Part shown: positions 1 to 9,040 of the stretch, piece by piece
How the letters are laid out: the number at the start of each line of letters is the position of its first letter
Numbering within the stretch: position 1 is the first letter of the stretch
Origin: a virus
Lineage: Duplodnaviria > Caudoviricetes
DNA length: 44,125 bases
Virus record (IMG/VR): IMGVR_UViG_3300049924_000287
Span: 1-44,125 of that record
Strand: one strand, 5' to 3'
Translations under genes and position numbers: made by a program
Notes under the pieces: model-generated
Database searches by the model: none
What the model was told of the DNA's origin: nothing
What the model saw: only the letters and a program-made list of their open reading frames with translations

Positions 1-981
1 GGGGTCACCTGGTCCCAGAGCGTGTAGTTGCCGCACGACAGACCCGCCGGGACGGCCGGACGGTCGAACAACAGCGGTAACTGCCCCGGGCGTGTTGGTC
101 CTGTGTACATGCCATCCTCCGATGGTCATAGGTTGAGCGATTCTCAACCCTGCCCCCGGTCGGGGTCCTCACCCCGGCCGGAGACAGAGAGCACTGGTCC
201 TGGCCGCATACGGCCGCTGGCCCATGCGGGAACACTTGATCACCTCGACTTCAACCAGGTCTGCTGGCGGAGTGTGTCACGTGCTGCCTATGGCCACTTG
301 GCTAACCTTGATCGGCAGGTCTCTCCTCCCTTGCGGTCGGAGATCCTGGAACAGTGTCGCTTGTGGATCTTGCCAGCCACCCCGGGGGAGTCCTCCGGAG
401 TCTGGTCGCTGCCAGATTGTCCAGGGTGTCCCTCCCGGGGTGACTGTGAAACTGTCACCTTGCCCCCGGTCCGGCCAGCACCTACTAGGTCAAGCGGGAA
501 CGGCCATCCGTCCCCTAAGCGCTCAACCGTTCGGCCGTGTTGCTTGCGCGGCCTCCCTGTCGGGGGGAGTAGCGTTGGCAGCACAAGGCTGCCAAGGTGG
601 CGTCGATTCGCCACCGGGTACCTGTGGACGGCTGGTTACCTGTTGCGGCCCGCAAGGGCCTGTCAGGCAGGGTACGCGTCTCGTCGGATGACCTCTGAGA
701 CAGTCTTCTCCCTTTTCCGCCCCGGGTTGCCCCGGACTCTCTCTTATCGCAGACGTCGTGGTGACCGCCTGACCCATGGCTTCCCCATGGCTCACTCAGG
801 ATCGAGTGCTGGCGTGTCGTGCCCGGGGGAACCCCGGCCACCGCCTGTCCCGTAGGACTGTCGATCTTGCTGACACCTAAGAGTCAACCACAGCGCGAGC
901 GCTGTTGTCAACCCCCGTATTCTGACGGTGCTCGGGTGGGGGGACTCGCGCCCCGCCCCCCTCCGTACCGTCGTGCTTACA
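1..981 (-). ncRNA. Candidate large structured non-coding RNA or long structured leader, possibly running off the window edge
   Basis: Lies downstream of the promoter at 1016-988; no convincing ORF; more than 12 short stems; UACG (851-854) and GCAA (727-730, 331-334) tetraloops read correctly on the minus strand. Confidence 0.45.
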
Positions 982-987
982 GTGAGA

Positions 988-1016
988 ACACTACGCCCCG
1001 GGGGGCAGCCTGTCAA
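988..1016 (-). promoter_or_regulatory. Sigma70/HrdB-type promoter, leftward
   Basis: Minus strand TTGACA (1016-1011), 17-nt spacer, TAGTGT (993-988). Confidence 0.75.
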
Positions 1017-1205
1017 CTGTCAGGTTTTACCTGGCGTATACCTTCGGGGGCTTGACGTACTGGCGATCTTGTGGTTCGATCGCGCGCGCGCAGCGCGTCG
1101 CACGGGCGGGCGCAGGCACGCTCGGAGTCGCATCTACAGGAACGCGCGCACGTAGCACGGGGTCGGTGGGTTAGTCGACCCCTCGTTCGGGTCCGAACGA
1201 TTCAC

Positions 1206-1221
1206 TCGAACATCTGTACGA
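1206..1221. promoter_or_regulatory. LexA (SOS) box-like site
   Basis: TCGAAC-ATCT-GTACGA, one mismatch to the actinobacterial consensus TCGAAC-N4-GTTCGA. Confidence 0.5.
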
Positions 1222-1245
1222 ATAGGCTAGGCTGCCCTTACCTAA
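1222..1245. promoter_or_regulatory. Two overlapping IdeR/DtxR iron-box-like sites
   Basis: ATAGGCTAGGCTGCCCTTA (1222-1240) and CTAGGCTGCCCTTACCTAA (1227-1245) each match TWAGGTWAGSCTWACCTWA at 15/19. Confidence 0.4.
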
Positions 1246-1264
1246 CCATATCACTTGTGTTTCA

Positions 1265-1361
1265 GTGTGGCACTGCTTGTGCAACTCCGTGTCGCACCCA
1301 GGCAGGGTGCAACTAGGTGTGTAACCCGGTGTTTCACACCGTGTGCCACTGGTTGTGTCAC
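1265..1361. repeat. Phased array of eight degenerate 9-mers (KTGTNNMAC)
   Basis: Units start at 1265, 1277, 1289, 1305, 1317, 1329, 1341, 1353; spacing 12,12,16,12,12,12,12. Confidence 0.65.
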
Positions 1362-1421
1362 ACTTGACCCGGGGGATGCTTAACGCGCACCCCCCCATTC
1401 ATCCCTACTATCCACCCACGG

Positions 1422-1459
1422 TTTTTTGCCCGATCCCACAGGATTTTTTGCCCGGTCCC
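1422..1459. repeat. 16-bp direct repeat TTTTTTGCCCG(A/G)TCCC, two copies
   Basis: 1422-1437 and 1444-1459, one mismatch, 22 bp apart. Confidence 0.8.
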
Positions 1460-1834
1460 GGTGCATCTGTGCAGGTCAGAGGCGCGTTGTACCTCGTGTG
1501 ACGTAGACCACACGGGGGTTTACACCATGGGAGCGGTTACAGGGGTGCATATACATAAGTGAGAGGATCGAACGCGAAGTGAAACGAAGCGGCGAGTGAG
1601 ATCCTCGAACGACCAAGGATGTCCGACCCCAAGGGAGGACAGACCGGTGTTCGATCCTCTCGGATCGAGCGACCCCATCAAGGGTCGCTCTCCTACCTAA
1701 GACCTCTTCGCTGACGCTCAGAGGGGGCGGTAGCCCCCCTCTGCCCTCCTCGCTTCGCTCGTCGGACATCTCCCCCCAAGAACTTCTCTACGCCCCTCTT
1801 ATGCCCCCAGTCCTCTCCGAGGCTGGGGGAGTCG

Positions 1835-2464
1835 ATGCACCAGGACAGGATCTCCGACCTCTCGGGAGGAGAGACAGGAGAGACCTTGACTGTACCAACC
1901 GACGGCCTCCGCTGGAAGGCGGAGGCGTTCGTCGACAAGTGGAACGAAGACAAGACCCAGTACGTGCAGCGGGAGACGGGCGTCTACGCGCCCGCCGCTG
2001 CCGAGTTCATCCGACTGGGAGTCGACCCCGACGACCAGGCGTACTGCGCAGACAACTTGGTTGTGACCGCAGGTCTCAACCGCGTCGGCGATCTGATCAT
2101 CGCCGCCGGTGGACAGGCGCCGACGAACACGTCGGCGCGTATCGGTGCCGGTAACGGCGCTGGTACCGCTGCTGTGGGTGACACAGACCTGAGTGCCGCC
2201 GCTGGCTCTGCGAACCGGTGGTTCCAGATCATGGACGCTACGTTCCCGTCTCGTGCCGGTGCGGTGTTGTCGTTCAAGTCTACGTTCGGTACCGCCGACG
2301 GGAACTTCGCCTGGAACGAGTGGGGCATCGACATCGGTACCCCGACGGTCACCTCTGGTGCCACCGTCAACGCCACGCTGCTCAACCACAAGACCTCCGC
2401 CGCCCTCGGCACCAAGGCTTCGGGCGCGACCTGGGCCTTTACCGTCACCATCACCCTGTCCTGA
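1835..2464 (+). CDS. Putative virion structural protein (collar/fibre-associated type)
   Basis: 209 aa; GGGGGAG RBS; NLVVTAGL...IGAGNG...DTDL...FGTADGNFAWNEWGI resembles phage collar/fibre-associated proteins. Confidence 0.6.
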   Translation: MHQDRISDLSGGETGETLTVPTDGLRWKAEAFVDKWNEDKTQYVQRETGVYAPAAAEFIRLGVDPDDQAYCADNLVVTAGLNRVGDLIIAAGGQAPTNTSARIGAGNGAGTAAVGDTDLSAAAGSANRWFQIMDATFPSRAGAVLSFKSTFGTADGNFAWNEWGIDIGTPTVTSGATVNATLLNHKTSAALGTKASGATWAFTVTITLS

Positions 2465-2473
2465 GAGGCTGCT

Positions 2474-3052
2474 GTGCCAGGTTACCAGAGCACCCTCATC
2501 GAAGCCCAGGTCGACGGCACGGCGGTTGCCAACACCACCACCGAGACCTCGCTGCTCCCGGCGGTCGCCAAGATCGTGCTCCCTTCGGGGTACATCAACC
2601 GGATCGGTAAGCGCTTCCAGATCCGCGCCTCCGGCCGGATCTCGAACATCGCCACCACCCCGGGCACCCTGACCCTGAGGTTCAAGTTGGGGCCGACCGC
2701 GAACATCGCGGTGGCTACCTCGCAGGCGTTCTCGCTGAACGTCGTGGCCAAGACCAACGTCACATGGGTCCTGGAGGCGTGCATGACCGTCCGAGCCATC
2801 GGCTCGGGCACTGCGGCCAACGTCTTCACCAACGGGACCTGGACGTCTGAGTCCGTCGTGGGGTCAGGCGTCCCTACCGCTGGTGGCGCCGGTACCGGGA
2901 TGTGGGGCGCTTCGGCCCCTGCTGTCGGCACCGGGTTCGACTCTTCGGTGGCGAACCAGGTCGACCTCACCGCTGCGTGGTCTATCGCCAACGCAGGCAA
3001 CTCGATCCAGTTGCACACGTTCGCGCTGGAAGACCTGACCACCACGCCGTAA
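2474..3052 (+). CDS. Putative virion structural protein
   Basis: 192 aa, Thr/Ala/Gly-rich with beta-strand pattern; GAGG RBS; in structural cassette. Confidence 0.6.
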   Translation: MPGYQSTLIEAQVDGTAVANTTTETSLLPAVAKIVLPSGYINRIGKRFQIRASGRISNIATTPGTLTLRFKLGPTANIAVATSQAFSLNVVAKTNVTWVLEACMTVRAIGSGTAANVFTNGTWTSESVVGSGVPTAGGAGTGMWGASAPAVGTGFDSSVANQVDLTAAWSIANAGNSIQLHTFALEDLTTTP

Positions 3053-3061
3053 GGGGGAGCG

Positions 3062-4504
3062 GTGCCCACCTCTTTGTTCTCGGCCGGGCCGACCGAGTAC
3101 GCACCAGGTGGGCCGGTCCTGCTCGTCCCCGGCGGGCAGGGTGACTCGCAGTCGAGGTACCACGAACTCGAAACGTTTGTCGGCACCGTAGGCGCCGCCT
3201 ACACGATCACCTCGGGACTGTCGGACAACGGCGGCACCGGAACTGGCACCTGTCTCTATCAGACCGGTTTTGCGCCGCTGCTGTCCGAGTGTGCCGAGAT
3301 CATCGTCACCACCAGCAGCACGTTCTCCCGCCGGATGAACTTCGGCGATACCAATGTGCCGCTGGTCGAGACCTGGTACACGCTCTCGTTCTGGTTCGAC
3401 ACCCTGCCGTCGGCGAACACCCCAATCGCCAACACCCGGGCCGCCGGGGTCAACACCTCGCAGTTGGTGCTCAACTCCGCCGGGACGTTCTCGATTCGCG
3501 ACGGCGGCACCCCGGTGTTCACCACCACCGCGACGCTAGCGACCAACACCCTCTACACCATAGAGCAGCACATCAACTTCAACACCGGCTTGCAAGAGAT
3601 GTGGCTGTCCGACCGGTTCGGGAACCTGATCGAGGCCGGTGGTGGGACCTACGTCGGATCGGCTCCGGATGCATTCCAGTTCGGGCTGATCTCAGCGCCC
3701 GGAAACACCGGAACCTGGCGTTACGCCCGCTGGGGCTACTCGACCGTTCAGCGGTTCGGCGCCCCGGTGCTCGACACCGCCGCTACGGTGCCCATCTCCG
3801 ACTCTGACACCCTTGCTCTGACCGACGCCTTCTCGGCGATCGTGGCCAACTTGTCCGCGACCGAGACCCTCACGGGCTCGGATGCGACCAGCGTCCAGCA
3901 AGCGGTGTTCTCGGCTACCGAGTCTCTGGCTCTGGCCGATGCGTTCGCCGCACTGGCTGCGGTCAACTCGGCCGCAGAGACGCTGACGCTCACCGACGCG
4001 GTCAACCTGCTGGACACCGGTGGTGGGGCGACGCCGATCTCGGCGTCCGAGACCCTAACTCTAACAGACGCCGTATCTCTGCTGACGGTCACCTTGTCGG
4101 CGGCAGAAACTCTGACCCTGACCGACGCCGTAGGTGCCCGATCTGCGACGCTCAGCGCCACAGAGACCCTGTCTCTGGCCGACGCGGCGTTCCGGGTGGG
4201 CCTGACGGCCTCAGAGACACTGAGCCTCGTCGACGCCTCGGTCAGCACGGCACTGACTGCTGCTGAGGTACTGGCGCTCACCGACACCCGAGGTGCCACC
4301 TCGCTGTCGGCCGCCGAAACTCTGAGTTTCGCCGAGGCATACACCGACCGGTCGTTCTCCCAGGCGGAGTTCCTGCTTCTGGCCGACGGTGTAGGCGCAC
4401 TGGTCAAGACCGGTGGGCCTGCGATCACCCTGCTGCTTCTCCCGTACCGCGAGCGCCCCCGGCGGAACCGCTACGGGTCCGCCAACACCCGCATCGCACC
4501 CTAG
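3062..4504 (+). CDS. Fibre-like protein: N-terminal beta-sandwich/lectin-like region plus C-terminal repeats
   Basis: 480 aa; about 11 copies of S-A-x-E-T-L-x-L-x-D-A in the C-terminal half. Confidence 0.65.
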   Translation: MPTSLFSAGPTEYAPGGPVLLVPGGQGDSQSRYHELETFVGTVGAAYTITSGLSDNGGTGTGTCLYQTGFAPLLSECAEIIVTTSSTFSRRMNFGDTNVPLVETWYTLSFWFDTLPSANTPIANTRAAGVNTSQLVLNSAGTFSIRDGGTPVFTTTATLATNTLYTIEQHINFNTGLQEMWLSDRFGNLIEAGGGTYVGSAPDAFQFGLISAPGNTGTWRYARWGYSTVQRFGAPVLDTAATVPISDSDTLALTDAFSAIVANLSATETLTGSDATSVQQAVFSATESLALADAFAALAAVNSAAETLTLTDAVNLLDTGGGATPISASETLTLTDAVSLLTVTLSAAETLTLTDAVGARSATLSATETLSLADAAFRVGLTASETLSLVDASVSTALTAAEVLALTDTRGATSLSAAETLSFAEAYTDRSFSQAEFLLLADGVGALVKTGGPAITLLLLPYRERPRRNRYGSANTRIAP

Positions 4505-4515
4505 GAGACCCCGAA

Positions 4516-4833
4516 GTGGCCAACTCTGTCACTCAGACCACCACCGCCGCAACCGTCCAGACCACGACTCAGCCCTTCGGGGCCGGGGCTGCGGTCGAAG
4601 AGTTCGAGATCGTGCACGTCGCGGGCACCGACGTGCTGTGGTTCAGGGTGGACGGAACCAGCCCGACTGTGGCCGGGACCGACGCTTTCCCGGTGCGTCC
4701 GGGCGAACGGCTCGCTCAGAACAAGTTCATCGACAACACCGGCGGAGCCACTGCGCAGATCCGTGTCATCTCGACCACAGCGGTCACCTACACCCTGATC
4801 GCGACTTCCCCCCTGAGGACAAGGATCAAGTAG
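4516..4833 (+). CDS. Hypothetical protein, probably structural
   Basis: 105 aa; AGGAG RBS; abuts terminase start. Confidence 0.65.
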   Translation: MANSVTQTTTAATVQTTTQPFGAGAAVEEFEIVHVAGTDVLWFRVDGTSPTVAGTDAFPVRPGERLAQNKFIDNTGGATAQIRVISTTAVTYTLIATSPLRTRIK

Positions 4834-6744
4834 ATGGCGGCTCTCAGCCAGGCTGACGCGAAGGCCAAGGTCCTCGAACTCATCCGGCTGGGAGCCAAGG
4901 TCGAAGACGCGATGGACGCGGTTGACCACCGCACCAGGAAGACCTACGAGAACTGGCGGTACAACGACAAAGAGTTCGCCAAGGCGGTCGACAACGCCCG
5001 TGAGCGGCGGGCTATCGCCAAGGCCCGGGGGAACGACGAAGATGTCGCGAGCCTGAACTTCGAGGACTGGCGCAAGCGCTTCCTGGGCCGCGAGACCTAC
5101 ACGCACCAGCGGCAGTGGATCCAGGTGCTAGAGGGCAAAGAGGTCACCGACCTCCACCCTTCGGTCACCTATGAACCCGGACGCCCGGAGCGGGTGCTGA
5201 TCAACACGCCCCCGTTCCACGCGAAGTCCACGGTGATCACCCAGGAGTACGCGACCTACCGCATCTGCATGAACCCGAACATCCGGATCTGCATCGTCTC
5301 GAAGACCCAGACCAAGGCCAAGAAGTTCCTGGTCTCGATCAAGAAGATGCTCACCGGGGTCCAGTACGCCGAACTCCAGCAGGCGTACGCCCCCTCGGAC
5401 GGCTTCAAGGACAAGTCTTCGCCGTGGACGGCGACGATGATCTACGTCTCCGGCCGAGACAACGCCGAGAAGGACCCGACGGTCGAGGTTCTCGGCATCG
5501 GTGGGGATATCTACGGTGGTCGATACGACCTGATCATCCTCGATGACTGCGTCACCAAGGACAACGTCACCGAGTTCGACAAGCAACTCGACTGGATCAA
5601 CCAGGAAGTTGCGTCTCGGGTCAAGGGCGGCAAGATCATCATCGTTGGAACCCGGGTGGGTTCTATCGACCTGTACGCCTGGCTCAGAAACCCCGACAAC
5701 TTCACATCAGGACGCTCGGTCTGGACCTACCTGGCCCAGCCCGCAGTCCTAGAGTACGGCGAAACCCCGGATGAGTGGAACACGCTCTGGCCCCGGAGCA
5801 CCGCGCCACTCGATGAGGAGGATCCGGGTGAACCAGACGAGAACGGCGAGTATGCCGCCTGGGACGGCAAGGCCCTGGAACTGGTCAGGGACAGCATCAA
5901 ACTTTCCACCTGGTCGCTGGTCTATATGCAGCAGCAGGTGGCCGAGGACGCGATCTTCAATCCAGTCCTCGTCCGCTCCTCGATCAAGCGGGAGCGGAAG
6001 CCCGGACCGTTGAAGGCGGGCGTGTGGGGTCACCCACGCGCGGGCATGGAGGGTCAGTACGTCATCGCCAGCATGGACCCGGCGATGGCCGGTGACACGT
6101 TCACCCTGGTGGGGGCGGTCGACAGACGCAGCCAGATGCGCAGGATTATGAACTGCTGGGTCAGGTCTGCGCCGTCCCCAACCTACATCCGTGATCTGAT
6201 CAAAGAGGTCACCGACGAGTACCAGGTCAACGAGTGGGTCATCGAACAGAACGCCTTCCAGTTGTTCTTGATCCATGATCCCGAGATCAACTCCTTCCTT
6301 CGGTCGCGCGGGGTGAAGATCACTCCCCACTACACCAGCCGCAACAAGCAGGACCCATCCTTCGGGGTGGCCTCTGTTGCCACGCTGTTCGGAACCCTTA
6401 AGCGGAACGAAGATGGGCGCCGAGAGGGCCTCGACTCCAACGCAGACAACATGATCGAACTGCCTGACCAGGCCGGGAACAACGGCATCAAGGCCCTGGT
6501 CGAGCAGTTGATCACCTGGGAGCCGAACAAACTCGGCAAGAACCTGCGCCAAGATGGGCCGATGGCCCTGTGGTTCTTCGAGTTGCGAGCCCGCGAGTGG
6601 CTTAGGCCATCGCTCGGAGGCGGTAGGAACAACCACATCTTCAACCCGTACCTGGCCGAGACCGACAGGTCTCAGCAGGTGGTCGTGCCGATCGGCAGGT
6701 CTCAGCAGATGGTCGTGCCGATCGGCACCTACCGCACCGCATAG
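4834..6744 (+). CDS. terL: Terminase large subunit with N-terminal HTH-like extension
   Basis: Walker A-like LINTPPFHAKST, Walker B LIILDD, IIVGTR coupling motif, nuclease ASMDPA; precedes portal. Confidence 0.92.
   Translation: MAALSQADAKAKVLELIRLGAKVEDAMDAVDHRTRKTYENWRYNDKEFAKAVDNARERRAIAKARGNDEDVASLNFEDWRKRFLGRETYTHQRQWIQVLEGKEVTDLHPSVTYEPGRPERVLINTPPFHAKSTVITQEYATYRICMNPNIRICIVSKTQTKAKKFLVSIKKMLTGVQYAELQQAYAPSDGFKDKSSPWTATMIYVSGRDNAEKDPTVEVLGIGGDIYGGRYDLIILDDCVTKDNVTEFDKQLDWINQEVASRVKGGKIIIVGTRVGSIDLYAWLRNPDNFTSGRSVWTYLAQPAVLEYGETPDEWNTLWPRSTAPLDEEDPGEPDENGEYAAWDGKALELVRDSIKLSTWSLVYMQQQVAEDAIFNPVLVRSSIKRERKPGPLKAGVWGHPRAGMEGQYVIASMDPAMAGDTFTLVGAVDRRSQMRRIMNCWVRSAPSPTYIRDLIKEVTDEYQVNEWVIEQNAFQLFLIHDPEINSFLRSRGVKITPHYTSRNKQDPSFGVASVATLFGTLKRNEDGRREGLDSNADNMIELPDQAGNNGIKALVEQLITWEPNKLGKNLRQDGPMALWFFELRAREWLRPSLGGGRNNHIFNPYLAETDRSQQVVVPIGRSQQMVVPIGTYRTA
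6666..6725 (+). repeat. 30-bp tandem duplication at the 3' end of terL
   Basis: CAGGTCTCAGCAG(G/A)TGGTCGTGCCGATCGG twice; encodes RSQQ(V/M)VVPIG twice. Confidence 0.95.
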
Positions 6745-6752
6745 GAGCAAGG

Positions 6753-8585
6753 ATGGCGTACACAGACCTCGGGAACATTCCCGAGCGGGTCCGGGGGCTT
6801 CGCGCCCGGGCTCAGTCGCGGGACATCCGCAACGCCGAGGTCCAGGCCATCCGCCGGGGACAGTTCGACGCGGTTGCCCCTGACTTGTTCGGCGGCATCT
6901 TCAAGAAGCCTGTCGTTGCCAACATGATCGACACCACCGCTCGGGATATGGCGGCCGTTCTGGCACCACTCCCGGCGGTGAACTGCTCTAGCAGTTCCAT
7001 GCTGTCGGACACCAGCAAGAGTTTCGCCGACCGGCGAACCAAGATCGCCAACTCGTACATCACTCAGTCGAACCTCGCGGTCGGACAACTCACCGGTGCC
7101 GACCAGTACAACACGTTCGGGCAGATGGTGTACTGCGTCGAGCCGGACTTCGAGACCAAGTCTCCGAAGATCCGGATCGAGGACGCGATCGGCACCTACG
7201 CGGTGGTCGACTCTTCGGGTCGCACCCGCGAGGTCGCCAGGGTGTTCCTCAAAGACTGGTACCAGTTGTGCGCGGACTACCCCGAACTGGAGTCTAGAGC
7301 CAAGGACCACCCGGAGTCTTACGCCTCTGGGAAGATCGAGTGCATCAAGTACGTCAACGACAAGGTCACCGTCGTCTATCTGCCGACGGTCAAGAACCTG
7401 GTCCTTGAGTACATGACCAACCCCTGGGGGTTCTGCAACTACCACGTGGCCACCAGGCCCGGGGTGGACGACGAGATCCGTGGGGCGTACGACGACGTCA
7501 TATACGTCCAGTTCGCTCGGCACCGGCTTGAGAGCCTGCTGATCGAAGGCGTCGAGAAGTCGGTTCGTGCGCCGCTGGTGGTTGGCGACGATGTCGACAA
7601 CGTGCCATACGGTCCCGACTCGGTCATCCGCACCCGTGGCGGTGCTGGGTCCGTGGGTCGTGCGAGAATCGACATGCCGCCCGGCGCCTTCTCTGCCGGG
7701 CAGATGCTCAAGGACGAGATCCACATCGGGGCCATGGCCCCGGAGGCTCGATCCGGGAACATCGACGCATCGGTGGTCACCGGCCGTGGCGTTCAGCAGT
7801 TGATGGCCGGGTTCTCCAGCCAGATCGCTGCGGCCCAGACGGTCTTCAAGCACGCGATCGAGTGCGTGGTTGAGATGTGCTTCCGGATGGACGAAGCGCT
7901 CTGGCCGAACGAGAAGAAGGAGATCAAGGGTCGCCAGGCCGGTGTCCCATATGCGATCACCTACACCCCGAAGAAGGACATCGACGGAGACTATACGGTC
8001 TCCGCGACCTACGGTTTTGCGGCCGGGCTCGACCCGAACAAATCGCTGGTGTTCCTGCTACAGGCCGACGGGGCCGGGGTCATCTCCAAGGACTACCTGC
8101 GCCGGAACCTGCCGGTGGACATCGACGCCGCCGAAGAGGAACTCAAGATCGCCGTCGAGCAGTCTCGCGGTGCGCTGATCCAGAGTTTCGCCGCCCTCTC
8201 TCAGTCCATCCCTCAGATGGTTGCTGCGGGTGGCGACGCCACCACGGTGATCAACCAGCAGGCGGTGTTCATCCGGCTTCTCCAGAAGGGCAAGAGTGTT
8301 GAGGACGCTGCCGCTGAGGCGATCAAGCCTCCTCCGCCTCCTCCTGCCCCTCCGGCTGACGCTCTTGGCGCTCCGGGAGGTGGGCTGGGTGGCGGACCAA
8401 CTGGAGCAGGGCCTAAGGGTTTCGACTCCGCAACCGGACTACCGGCACAACTCCAGCCGGGCCTAGCCACAGAGGGACCCCAGGGTCGCCCGGACCTCAA
8501 CATGCTGCTCGCTGGCCTGACGGCTCAGGGTAACCCGAACCTCCAGGCGAACGTCAGTAGGCTCAAGCCCACCGGGAGTGGATGA
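6753..8585 (+). CDS. Portal protein
   Basis: 610 aa directly after terL; VVANMID...RD and TGRGVQ.L segments as in podoviral portals; Pro/Gly-rich tail. Confidence 0.85.
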   Translation: MAYTDLGNIPERVRGLRARAQSRDIRNAEVQAIRRGQFDAVAPDLFGGIFKKPVVANMIDTTARDMAAVLAPLPAVNCSSSSMLSDTSKSFADRRTKIANSYITQSNLAVGQLTGADQYNTFGQMVYCVEPDFETKSPKIRIEDAIGTYAVVDSSGRTREVARVFLKDWYQLCADYPELESRAKDHPESYASGKIECIKYVNDKVTVVYLPTVKNLVLEYMTNPWGFCNYHVATRPGVDDEIRGAYDDVIYVQFARHRLESLLIEGVEKSVRAPLVVGDDVDNVPYGPDSVIRTRGGAGSVGRARIDMPPGAFSAGQMLKDEIHIGAMAPEARSGNIDASVVTGRGVQQLMAGFSSQIAAAQTVFKHAIECVVEMCFRMDEALWPNEKKEIKGRQAGVPYAITYTPKKDIDGDYTVSATYGFAAGLDPNKSLVFLLQADGAGVISKDYLRRNLPVDIDAAEEELKIAVEQSRGALIQSFAALSQSIPQMVAAGGDATTVINQQAVFIRLLQKGKSVEDAAAEAIKPPPPPPAPPADALGAPGGGLGGGPTGAGPKGFDSATGLPAQLQPGLATEGPQGRPDLNMLLAGLTAQGNPNLQANVSRLKPTGSG

Positions 8586-9031
8586 TGGCCAAAGGCCACG
8601 GTGGATACCGCAAGCCAGAGCGCCCCGCCCCTGTGTCTGGGCCGGGGAAGTACTCCCGTAGGACCGATGGTCAGCCGGTGGTTGACCTCCCTGACGCGGA
8701 GTACGGTGCCAACGCCGCGTTCCGCGAGTTGCAGCAGGGCGCTCCACTGGCCGGTGGCGGGGGTGCACCAACCCCCGCCCCGGCTGGTGTTCCGATCCAG
8801 TTGACCCCACTAGGTGCACCAACCTCCCAGCCCGGCGTGCCAGTTACCAACGGCGCCGAGTATGGCCCAGGCGCAGGACCCTCTGCTCTTGGTCCGGACG
8901 GGCTCGATGAGAACCAGCAGGACGCCAAGGCTCTAGCCGCCTACCGGCAGTTCCTGATCGGTTTGGCCCAGAAGGAAAACACCCTGCCCAGCGTGAAGCG
9001 CTGGGTCAGGGCCACACTCGCGAACATGTAG
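8582..9031 (+). CDS. Hypothetical virion-associated protein
   Basis: 149 aa, overlaps portal stop; N-terminal GGYRKP..PAPVSGPG.YSRRTD; Pro/Gly-rich. Confidence 0.7.
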   Translation: MMAKGHGGYRKPERPAPVSGPGKYSRRTDGQPVVDLPDAEYGANAAFRELQQGAPLAGGGGAPTPAPAGVPIQLTPLGAPTSQPGVPVTNGAEYGPGAGPSALGPDGLDENQQDAKALAAYRQFLIGLAQKENTLPSVKRWVRATLANM

Positions 9032-9040
9032 GGAGACCCG

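Noticed and set aside
882-1080. Extra promoters TTGACA-18-TTGACT (minus, 911-882) and TTGACG-17-TTCGAT (plus, 1052-1080)
   Set aside because: Both -10 boxes lack the conserved A at position 2; plausible but not supportable
5-1398. Track ORFs in the left non-coding region (for example 28..855 +)
   Set aside because: No RBS or motifs; Arg/Pro/Gly/Ser-rich composition typical of chance high-GC ORFs
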